Assembly (NCBI GenBank): GCA_044372775.1
Contig: JBIPNO010000006.1
Coordinates: 60,207-124,206, forward strand
Source of the DNA: Haloferula sp.
GTDB lineage: Bacteria > Verrucomicrobiota > Verrucomicrobiia > Verrucomicrobiales > Akkermansiaceae
Reading direction: 5' to 3'
Length of the DNA: 64,000 nucleotides
The notes beneath the pieces were generated by a model. It saw nothing but the letters and a program-made list of their open reading frames with translations. It made no database searches and was not told where the DNA came from. Below, one piece after another: positions 56,901 through 64,000 of the stretch. The position numbers and the translations under genes were made by a program. Numbering within the stretch: the stretch's first letter is position 1; every line of letters starts with the position of its first letter.

Positions 56901-59308
56901 GCGCTGTTCGGGCTGCCGGAGTTTTGGAGGGCCGCGATGACGAGGGAGTTCGGCGCGGAAGTGGTGAGCGGGACGGAGTTGGTATTGGTGCCGGTGCGGC
57001 TGTTTGACGCCCCGAAGCCCGGCCGGGTGCCGGTGAGGGCGTAGGCGGTGCCGAGGCCGCCGTTGGGATTGTAGCCGGAGACGGTGATGCCGGTGCCGAC
57101 GGGGCCGGGGTTGTCGAGATAGTAGATGGCGAGGGAGCCGGCGCGGTTGCTGCCGTTCTGTTGGACGGCTTCGATCATCTGGATGCCGTTGTAGCGGACG
57201 CCGTAGGTCATCGTGGCATCGTTGTTGGCGTTTTCCTGGCCGATGACGACGACGAGCTTGTCCGCGCCGGCGGCATTGAAGGTGCCGAGGTTGGTGGCGG
57301 CCTTGTAGCCGTTGCCGCTGGCGACGGTGAAGGGTTCGGTGGCGTTGACGGTGATGGCACCGGCAAGGTTGGCACCCTGGGTCGTGGCGGATGCGGGGGC
57401 GGAGGTGGCGGAGGAAAGCGCGCCGGCCCGCATGGAGACGGTGTAGGTGTAAGGGGTGCCGGGCTGGAGGCCGGTGTCGGTGTAGGAGCGTGAAGTTTGC
57501 CAGGCACTGGAGGTGGCACCGGGGTTGCCGGAGGTTTCGGTGAACTGGTATTCGACGGTGCCGCCGGTTTGGCCGAACTCCACCTCGCCGGGTTGCGCGG
57601 TCATGGTGACGGCGGTGGAGCCGTTGGCCGATGGTGGCGAGTCAAAGGCGGCGGTGGCGGGCATGAGCGGGGCCCAGGTGTAGAGGACGGCGGGGTTCGC
57701 GGGCAGGCCGTTGTCTTCGGCATTCGGGGTGGAAAGCAGTTCGATCCGGGTGACGGCGCCATCCGCGGCGGGGAGATTGATGGCTTCGGTTTCCAAGCTC
57801 GAGGCGGAGGTCAGCGACGGCGAGGTGAGCGCCGAGGCGGCGAGCATGTAGGTCTTGGTCACGCCGCCCTGGACGACGCGCACGCAGTAGTCGGAGCCGT
57901 TGGTGGGGCTGAAGATCGAGTTGGCCGCGGTGCGGTCGGCGGCGACGGCGGGATCGAAGAGACGGATCAGGCCGGAGGTGTAGGGGCCGATGGGCGGATA
58001 GACCATGTTGACGGCGGGCTTGGCGCCGGACATCGAGGCGAGGATGCTGATGACCTGGACGTCGCGCTGCTGGGGGAACTGGACGCCGTTGTTGCTGACG
58101 GTGGTGGTGTAGTCGCCGGCGGTCTGGTTCCACTGGGCGTAGCTGTTGAGGGCGGGGTTCCAGATGACGACGTGGCTGTTGAGATAACTGCGCATCTGGT
58201 TCACCGAGTAGTCGGAGAAATGGTTCATCAGGTAGGCAGGTTCCTGGTATCCGGTGCCGCCGCCTTGCATGGGATCGACCTTGTAGGTGCCGACGGGTTT
58301 GCCGGTGACATTGCCAGATTGAACGGTGGGCGGGATGAAGGCCTTGGTGCGGAGATCGAAGCCCCAGGCGGGTCCGGCGTGGGTTTCGTTGTAGTTGGAC
58401 GGAGCCTGGATCCCATGCATGTCGCCCTTGTAGGGATAGGCCGCGCTGTCGCCCCAGTGCGGGAGAGAGAGCGCGTGGCCGAGTTCGTGGTGGAGGATGC
58501 CGACCGAGGTGCCGTTGCCGACGCCGGCGAAGCCGCCGGCCTGGCCGCCGGCCGCGGCGTTGTAGACGTTCAGGTAGTAGAGGCTCCAGCGGCCCGAGGT
58601 GCCGGCGGCGCGCTTCAAGGCACCGTTCCATTCGAGGGCCGCGGCTTGTTCGCCATCGAAGCCGAGGCCGGTCTGGGCCTGGTATTCGGCTTTCGAGCGG
58701 ACTCGAACGGCCTGGGCGCTGACATCGGCGCGGGGTGGGATGACGAGTTCGCGGAATACGACGTTTCGAAGTCGGCGCAGTTCCAGGTCGGCGGTCGGCC
58801 ACTTCGCTTCGATCTCGGCGAAGGTGTTGGCCGGATAGTCGCCCGATGCCTGGGCAAAATAGTGGACGTCGGTCATGGTCATCACGACCTTGGAAGGCGC
58901 GCTGACCTTCATGTCGGTGATGGTGGTGCTGGCGGCACCCGCGTTGATGGTGACCCGCAGGCCTTTCTTCATCCAGGCGGCGGGGATGTAGCCGGTGAAG
59001 GTGTTGGCGAACGCATGCTGGACCACGCCGGGGCCGTCGGGGATGGAAGCGGGCAGGGTGGCCGGGCCGGTGAGGTTGACGACCAGGGTCTGGCTGTTGA
59101 GCGAGAGGGTGGCGGTGACTGCGGGCGCTGCGGGAGCGCCGGGTGCGGTGACGTGGGCCTTGATGAGGGCTTCCCGGTTTCCCACAAGACCGAATGAGGT
59201 ATCGGTGGTCTTGAGCACATGGGTCTGGGCGAAGTAGACGGCGTCGATGGACACCGCCTCCGCGAGCGACGTGAACAGGGCCAGGGCGAGGATGCAGAGG
59301 GATTTCAT
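53930..59308 (-). CDS. Secreted M66 (StcE/TagA-like) zinc metalloprotease fused to an FN3-like domain, autotransporter-associated repeats and a verrucomicrobial C-terminal domain (1792 aa)
   Basis: Signal peptide; YFAQTHV...LVGNREALIK, ILHHELGHALSLPHWG (HExxHxxxxxH), DPMQGG Met-turn; YTDTGLQPGTPYTYTV; LTKSGAGTLVLTAASTYTGGT-type repeats; ends KKFVRLRVTGP. Confidence 0.8.
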   Translation of the reverse strand: MKSLCILALALFTSLAEAVSIDAVYFAQTHVLKTTDTSFGLVGNREALIKAHVTAPGAPAAPAVTATLSLNSQTLVVNLTGPATLPASIPDGPGVVQHAFANTFTGYIPAAWMKKGLRVTINAGAASTTITDMKVSAPSKVVMTMTDVHYFAQASGDYPANTFAEIEAKWPTADLELRRLRNVVFRELVIPPRADVSAQAVRVRSKAEYQAQTGLGFDGEQAAALEWNGALKRAAGTSGRWSLYYLNVYNAAAGGQAGGFAGVGNGTSVGILHHELGHALSLPHWGDSAAYPYKGDMHGIQAPSNYNETHAGPAWGFDLRTKAFIPPTVQSGNVTGKPVGTYKVDPMQGGGTGYQEPAYLMNHFSDYSVNQMRSYLNSHVVIWNPALNSYAQWNQTAGDYTTTVSNNGVQFPQQRDVQVISILASMSGAKPAVNMVYPPIGPYTSGLIRLFDPAVAADRTAANSIFSPTNGSDYCVRVVQGGVTKTYMLAASALTSPSLTSASSLETEAINLPAADGAVTRIELLSTPNAEDNGLPANPAVLYTWAPLMPATAAFDSPPSANGSTAVTMTAQPGEVEFGQTGGTVEYQFTETSGNPGATSSAWQTSRSYTDTGLQPGTPYTYTVSMRAGALSSATSAPASATTQGANLAGAITVNATEPFTVASGNGYKAATNLGTFNAAGADKLVVVIGQENANNDATMTYGVRYNGIQMIEAVQQNGSNRAGSLAIYYLDNPGPVGTGITVSGYNPNGGLGTAYALTGTRPGFGASNSRTGTNTNSVPLTTSAPNSLVIAALQNSGSPNSAGTPAASSPLTPSHGAAWGSQWGSLATGHQQVAAPGNITPTFTTSTGGSYSINIAAVELLAATTPATLWTQTAGGAQSWSTAANWIGNSVPSPVTGDTADFSTVDLLADTTLTLAANRTAQDWKFGDTSGTQNWIVNPGNSMTLAGAAPGIEVVNNTVTLNHPITGTAGLTKSGAGTLVLTAASTYTGGTILQNGTLTLHHANAIGTGTLTLGGSNNPTLRNDSGTAITLPNNPMIWAGNFRQGGNGLDFGTGNVALTANATQNILSGTLTIGGAVSGGFGLNKQGTGTLVLNGLNTYTGITNLRQSTLQINTLRNFGSASSLGAPASGDITLATTNSSTLDYTGSGDTTNRTLQIGPTSSAGVTATVSNNGSGALVFTAPAFNIPVGITTGSTARTLALGGSFGNSTTPNEIRGVIADNTLNGATAPASRISLTKSGAGTWRLTAANTFTGNTTIAAGTLLVGSNVIPSSPLISIGNGASLESTGGFILAADQSLTATGATGFVTTSSSTGLITTGGSTLSATGTLTLTRLSIFGSGNQITGGDLQSGGPGSFQRGLLVGNNGTGTLTLAGGSLTSTGGSTNPDVLGATASAGDGTFIVDGGAYINTASTGTLNLGNGQASGTFTLASGSATLHTLRYHAGNTGSKTSAIVHLDGGTLTLSNITVTSGLTRQLNFNGGQFIAAANLPPFSGLTLNVGNNGARIDTNGFSLTLADPLLNSGGTSSGGLEKSGTGTLTLAGSNNYAGPTTILAGTLALGANNVLPGTPVTIGNATLDATTRSDTAGTLDPTAAATLHLGPGAALAFANSSAVNWTGGSLALTGTFVSGSSLRFGTTNSGLTPTQLSLISAPGIASFTLDANGYLIGLPPNSYATWQSANATAGAFDQDHDGDGVPNGIEYFLGGTTNTTGHTALPSVTHNAGTLSVTWTKSSSYPGVHGTDFVIETSASLTGTWTDETLSGNVVITGNSVTFTFPAPLGAKKFVRLRVTGP

Positions 59309-59377
59309 GAGAGGCCGGGTCGGGCGGGTGCGGCCTTGAAATGCGCAGAGGGGGGGCAGTTCGAGACGCTTGGGTTT

Positions 59378-60727
59378 TTAACGCGGTATAAAGTTGACCG
59401 CCTTCATTTGCTTGTCCAGTTCGGTCTTGAGGCGCGTGGCGAGGGGGCCGTCGGCCGGGAGGCGGTGCAATTCGTAGGGATCGTTCTTCAGGTCGTAGAC
59501 CTCGGTCCACTCGGGGCGATTCGGATAGACGATGAGTTTCGCGGTCTCGGTGCGGATGCCGTGGCAGGTCGGGGTGTCGCCGAGTTCCTTGCGGTAGTAG
59601 GCGAGGAAGGAAGTGCGCCAGTTGGCGGGCTTGTTGCCGAGGGCGAGGTCCTTGAAGCTGGCGCCGTGCATGCCGGGGTGGGCGGGCAGGCCGGCGAGGT
59701 CGAGGAAGGTGGGGGCGAGGTCCTGGTTGATGACCATTTCATCGACGAGCTTGCCCTTCGGGAAGAGGCGCGGGTAGCGGACGATGAAGGGAATGCGGAT
59801 GCCTTCCTCGTAGAGCGCGCGTTTGTCGCCAAGGCCGCGCTCGCCGAGGTAGTAGCCGTTGTCGCTGGTATAAACGACCACGGTGTCGTCGGTCAGTTGA
59901 AGCTGGTCGAGGGTGTCGAGCAGGCGGCCGAGGTTCTCGTCGATGCCCTTGATGTGGCGGAGGTAGTCGAGGTGGACGGGGTTGGCGGAGAGTCCGCGGT
60001 CCTGGCCTTTGGCGGCTTTGGCGCGCGGCTTGTGATAGACGGCGCCAAGGTCGCAGTTGGGGGTGCGGCGGGTGGTTTTGCCTTCGTAGAGACCGCGCAG
60101 GCGTTCGGGCAGGTTCGGTCCGCCACGGCGGTTGTGCGGGCTCTTGAAGCCGAGGACGAGGGAGAAGGGCTTGGCGTGGTTCTGCTTGAGCCAGTCGATG
60201 GCGAAGTCGGTGCTGACGTCATCGATCCAGCCCTTCGTCGAAGTACGGACGCCGTTCACCAGGACCGGGCAGTCCTGATAGACGCCCTGGTCGACGAAGC
60301 TTGCGAAATGGTCGAAGCCGGGGCGGGTGCGCTGGTTGCCCATGTGCCACTTGCCGAAGTAGGCGGTCCGGTAGCCCTCGGCGCGGAGGAGGGTGGCGTG
60401 GGTGACGGAGTCCTCCGGCAAGGGGGTGCTGTTGTCCATCACGCCGTTCACGTGGGTGTACTGGCCTGTTAGAAAGCCGGCGCGGCCGGGGGAACAGATC
60501 GAGTGGGTGATGAAGGCGTTGCGGAAGCGGACGCCATCGGCGGCGAGGCGGTCCATGTTCGGCGTTTCGAACCACGGGTAGCGGGCCTTCCCGCCGTGTT
60601 CCTTTTGCACCGTGCCCATGGCGTCCCAGCGCTGGTCGTCGGCGATGACGAAGATGAAGTTGGGCTTCTTCTCCGCCGCGCGGGTGGCGAAGGTGAAGGC
60701 GAAGAGGAGGATGAGGGTGCGGAGCAT
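59378..60727 (-). CDS. Formylglycine-dependent sulfatase (S1 family, Cys-type)
   Basis: KPNFIFVIADDQR, ICSPGRAGFLTG (CxPxR), YFGKWHMG, YTSDNGY, YEEGIRIPF, YDLKNDPYE. Confidence 0.93.
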   Translation of the reverse strand: MLRTLILLFAFTFATRAAEKKPNFIFVIADDQRWDAMGTVQKEHGGKARYPWFETPNMDRLAADGVRFRNAFITHSICSPGRAGFLTGQYTHVNGVMDNSTPLPEDSVTHATLLRAEGYRTAYFGKWHMGNQRTRPGFDHFASFVDQGVYQDCPVLVNGVRTSTKGWIDDVSTDFAIDWLKQNHAKPFSLVLGFKSPHNRRGGPNLPERLRGLYEGKTTRRTPNCDLGAVYHKPRAKAAKGQDRGLSANPVHLDYLRHIKGIDENLGRLLDTLDQLQLTDDTVVVYTSDNGYYLGERGLGDKRALYEEGIRIPFIVRYPRLFPKGKLVDEMVINQDLAPTFLDLAGLPAHPGMHGASFKDLALGNKPANWRTSFLAYYRKELGDTPTCHGIRTETAKLIVYPNRPEWTEVYDLKNDPYELHRLPADGPLATRLKTELDKQMKAVNFIPR

Positions 60728-60827
60728 GGCGGTGGTGGGTGAGGGGGTGGGGAGAAATGGCGACGGATGATGGCGCTAAAGGGGGTGTGGCGTGGGCTTT
60801 CGGACGGGGTGCTGGCACGCGAAGACT

Positions 60828-60849
60828 CGCCGACTAAAGTCAGCGCTCC
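60828..60849 (-). repeat. GGAG-foot REP-like palindrome overlapping the esterase stop codon
   Basis: Minus strand GGAG CGCTGACT TT AGTCGGCG, 8-bp stem with one T-G pair. Confidence 0.6.
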
Positions 60850-63728
60850 GCCGGATAGAGCGCGTCGAGGAGGATCTGGTGCTGGCCGGCCCAGTCGGGG
60901 ATTTCGATGGAACGGTGGTCGCCCTTGATGGCGGTGGGGGCGATGATCCGCGGGGCGAGTGGCTTGGCGGGGATGGTGTGGATGAAGGTGGCCTTGCCGC
61001 CCATGCCGGTGATGAAGCTGTTGGCGAGGGCGGACATTTCGCTGCCGAAGTGGAGGCCTTGGTCGGTGGCGACGGAGGCGGGAGCGGGGAGGAAGATGAT
61101 GCCTTTGAAGCTGCCGGGGATGAAGGACGCGGCACAGACGTTGTGGGTCTGGGAAGCCTTGCTGGTGACTTCACCGGCGAGCTGGGGGAAGGTGCCCCAG
61201 GGCTCGCCGGTGGGCACGGCGCGGGTGGCGATCATCCGCGGGATGAAGTCGCTCCAGTAGGATTTCCAGGCGCCGATGTAGCGGCGGACGTTGGCGTCGT
61301 AGATCGGGTTGCCGGGCTGGAGCTGGGCGAGGTTCTCGTAGTCGGCCTTGAGGCTGGGGGCGTTCTGGAGGCCGTCGAAAGGGATCCAACTGGCGAGCGG
61401 GACGTCTTCGCCGGTCATGTGGATGATGCCGGTGGGGCGGCCGGATTTCTTCGCGAGGCGGTGGCCGATGGCGGCGGCGAAGTCATCGGCGGCTTCCTCC
61501 CAGAGCGACGAAAAGCGGGTGTTGGGGTCGTAGGAAGTCGAGACGCTGAAGCGGGCGGGCCGCGGGGCCGAGGAGCGCTTGGCCTTGCGGGTCATGACGC
61601 GGACGGTCTGCCCCGACTTTTCGATCGCGAAGGCGGCGGGGTTCTTCACGACGGGGCTGGCGACATACCACACATCGCCGATCAGGATGTTTTTGCAGAC
61701 GCGTTCATGGATCAGCTCGCCTTCGATGTGGAAGGAAACGCGGAGGGTCTTCGGCTCCTTGCTCGCGGGCATGGGCGGCACGGTGACGCTCCATTCCTGC
61801 ATGTCCTTGGTGACCGGGATGACTTGCTTGATGCCTTCGAACTCGAATCGGATCTCGGCTTTTCCTTCGTAGTCGGGCGGGTAGCCGGGCCAGACGACGG
61901 CGGAGCCGAAGATGGCGAGGGGCATGTCGGCCTGGAGGATGGCGTTGTCGCGGAACTGCGAGCTGAGCAGCGGCATCTTGCGGTAGTCGTTGACGCGACC
62001 GACGGAGTTCGGATCGACCACGAGCCCGGCGATTTTCATCGGCTGGTCCGGCCAGGTCGCATGGGTGACGGGCTGGTGGTCGTATTCGATGAAGGGTGTG
62101 GCGGGGAGCAGGGAGGAGTTGTAGAGGGCGGGGCGGAAGCCGATGCCGCCGGTGCCGTAGGAAACGCCGCGCGGATTTTTGACGGCGGGGGACGTGGCGA
62201 AGACCTTTGAGCCATCGATGCGGATGGTGGCGGGGTGCCAGACGCGGTCTTCACCCGCGAGCCAGAAGTGGTTCACCTGCGAGGCACCGTCGGGGATGAT
62301 TTTCGGGGTGGCCAGGCCGTCGCAGGTTTCGGTCGGCTTGGGTCCGGAGTTGGTGGCGGTTTCCGCGACGACGAGGCCGCCGTCGGCGTGGTCGAACTCG
62401 ATGACGAGCTGGTCGCCTTGGACGGAGTAGGATTTGAAGATCGGTCCATCGGCGACGAGGTCCTTTTTGCCGTATTGGTGCTTCAGTGCGTGAAGCGCGA
62501 GGCGCTGGCCGGGCAGGGCTTTCTGGTAGTAGTGGATAGCGCCGGCGATATCGATCTGGCTGGCCATGCCGCTGTGCGGGATGTCGCGGGCCATGCGGGT
62601 GCCAAGGCGCATCTCGGCCATGGGATCGATGCTGGGGAAGGTGTCGGTGTAGATGCCGCCCTGGGGACTCGGGCAGTAGAACTGGTGGAAGTAGACGGGC
62701 AGTTCGGGGTTGTTCCATTTCATCCGCCAGCCGCGGATCAGGCTGTGGAGGTTCTGGTAGTAAAGAATGCCGCCGTTGATGTTGGCGTAGCCTTGGTTCC
62801 AGATCGCGCCGCGGATGGCGTAGGGAACGACCGGGCTCATGCGGCCGTTGAACATCCAGGTGGCGTCGCGGTTGTCGTTGAGGTTGCCGGGGGGCTTGCT
62901 GGAGACGGGCAGGGCGGGCTTTCCGGCGGCTGTTAGACGGGCGTTTTCTTCGAGCGTGCTTTCGAGCGACCGGTAAAAGGAGTCCCAGGCCGTGCGGTGC
63001 TCGGGAGTCGTCGGGTCGGTCTCGAGGATCTTGCGGTGGAGCGACTTCGTGTATTCTTCGGTTCCGGCGGCGAAGCCCTCGCGGGGGACCCACGACTCGA
63101 TGCTGGTCTGGCTGAAGGAGCAGTTGAGGATGCCGACGGGGACGCCGGTCTCCTGATGGATCTTGAGGGCGAAGGCGAAGGCGACGGCACTGTAGTTGCC
63201 GAAGTCGTCCACCTTCCACGAACCGGTGGCGCGTTCGACGGGGTGGAGGGCGGCATAGACGCTCTTGATTTCGAACTCGCGGATGGGCGGGGACTGGCCC
63301 TTTTCCTTGAGCTGGAGGATGAGGTTCTGGACGGAGCTTTTGGAAGCGATCCACTGCATGTTCGACTGGCCGGACGCCATCCAGACCTCGCCGACGAGGA
63401 GGTTGTTCAGGGTCATCGATGCGCCGCCTGTTTCCGAGATGGTCATCGGCCGGCCTTCGGCGCTGGCTTCCAGCGGGGCGAGGTTGAGGGTCCACTTGCC
63501 ATTCTCCGCGGCGGTTGCGGATTGCTTTTGTCCGGCGAACTCGACGGTGACCGCGGTGCCGGGTTTGCTCCAGCCCCAGACGGGAACGGGGAGTCCGCGT
63601 TGGAGGACGGCGTGATCGGTGAAGGGCGCGCCGAGTTCGATCGATGGGGCTTCCGCCTGTTGCGCGAAGGTGGGCGTGAGGGACAAGAAGGCGGCGGCGA
63701 GCGCCGCGGCGAAGGTGCTTCTTTTCAT
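60840..63728 (-). CDS. Secreted sialate O-acetylesterase-like (SGNH/SASA) protein with two tandem modules, the second degenerate
   Basis: ATG 63728 MKRSTFAAALAAAFLSL; FTDHAVLQRG, GEVWMASGQSNM, GAIWNQGYAN, FHQFYC; second module FRDNAILQAD...GDVWYVASP lacks GQSN. Confidence 0.8.
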   Translation of the reverse strand: MKRSTFAAALAAAFLSLTPTFAQQAEAPSIELGAPFTDHAVLQRGLPVPVWGWSKPGTAVTVEFAGQKQSATAAENGKWTLNLAPLEASAEGRPMTISETGGASMTLNNLLVGEVWMASGQSNMQWIASKSSVQNLILQLKEKGQSPPIREFEIKSVYAALHPVERATGSWKVDDFGNYSAVAFAFALKIHQETGVPVGILNCSFSQTSIESWVPREGFAAGTEEYTKSLHRKILETDPTTPEHRTAWDSFYRSLESTLEENARLTAAGKPALPVSSKPPGNLNDNRDATWMFNGRMSPVVPYAIRGAIWNQGYANINGGILYYQNLHSLIRGWRMKWNNPELPVYFHQFYCPSPQGGIYTDTFPSIDPMAEMRLGTRMARDIPHSGMASQIDIAGAIHYYQKALPGQRLALHALKHQYGKKDLVADGPIFKSYSVQGDQLVIEFDHADGGLVVAETATNSGPKPTETCDGLATPKIIPDGASQVNHFWLAGEDRVWHPATIRIDGSKVFATSPAVKNPRGVSYGTGGIGFRPALYNSSLLPATPFIEYDHQPVTHATWPDQPMKIAGLVVDPNSVGRVNDYRKMPLLSSQFRDNAILQADMPLAIFGSAVVWPGYPPDYEGKAEIRFEFEGIKQVIPVTKDMQEWSVTVPPMPASKEPKTLRVSFHIEGELIHERVCKNILIGDVWYVASPVVKNPAAFAIEKSGQTVRVMTRKAKRSSAPRPARFSVSTSYDPNTRFSSLWEEAADDFAAAIGHRLAKKSGRPTGIIHMTGEDVPLASWIPFDGLQNAPSLKADYENLAQLQPGNPIYDANVRRYIGAWKSYWSDFIPRMIATRAVPTGEPWGTFPQLAGEVTSKASQTHNVCAASFIPGSFKGIIFLPAPASVATDQGLHFGSEMSALANSFITGMGGKATFIHTIPAKPLAPRIIAPTAIKGDHRSIEIPDWAGQHQILLDALYPAER

Positions 63729-63738
63729 CGGCGTGGGT

Positions 63739-64000
63739 TTACTTACTGGCCTGCGGTTTTGAGACGGGGAGGACGGGGGCGGCCTTGATGCCGGCCATGA
63801 TTTCCGCGGCGCGGGCGGTGAGAGTTTCGACCTGTGCGGGAAACTTGGCGGAGAGGTCGACGGTCTCGCCGGGGTCGTCACCGGGCCTGACGAGGAAGGG
63901 GGAGTCATCCCGTCCCAGGGCATCCCGGTAAGGTGCGAGCTTGGCGGCCTGGTCGGCGGTGGAAAGGTCGGTGCCGGGGCCTGTGAGGGCGTCGCCGCGC
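63739..64000 (-). CDS. 3' end of a probable sulfatase; partial, begins beyond the right edge
   Basis: Hand translation ...DSPFLVRPGDDPGETVDLSAKFPAQVETL...PQASK*; DPGE..DL...P..V is the usual sulfatase C-terminal motif. Not in the ORF track. Confidence 0.55.
   Translation of the reverse strand, partial: RGDALTGPGTDLSTADQAAKLAPYRDALGRDDSPFLVRPGDDPGETVDLSAKFPAQVETLTARAAEIMAGIKAAPVLPVSKPQASK

Overview
High-GC bacterial DNA whose gene content points to Verrucomicrobiota (Luteolibacter/Haloferula-like): DUF1549/DUF1553 plus DUF1501, a Verru_Chthon cassette-A-like giant pilin, barrel-less autotransporter-repeat proteins, and LysM between murD and ftsW. From left to right: a secreted Calx-beta protein (cut by the left edge, not in the ORF track), a U32/RlhA-like gene carrying in-frame short tandem repeats, a GspG-like pseudopilin, hslR, a 1715-aa autotransporter-associated beta-strand repeat protein, the dcw cluster mraZ-rsmH-ftsL-ftsI-murE-murF-mraY-murD-lysM-ftsW (ending without murG), an eRF1-like small protein, a DUF1553/DUF1501 pair, two TPM-like genes, a TPMT-like methylase, an active/inactive S1-PDZ protease pair, photolyase, an AP2-like small protein, a detached rpoA-rplQ operon, nagZ, GH43, ndh, a giant minor pilin with a partner gene, TetR plus an RND pump, an M66 metalloprotease-adhesin, a sulfatase, a double sialate O-acetylesterase and the 3' end of another probable sulfatase. 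No rRNA, tRNA, CRISPR, integrase or transposase was seen. The most unusual element is a five-unit array (111/105-nt alternating units, 216-nt period) between mraZ and the conserved RsmH core. Each unit folds into two long hairpins with invariant loops and compensatory base changes, and the whole array is an open frame fused to rsmH. All family assignments come from motif recognition by eye; no database search was run.
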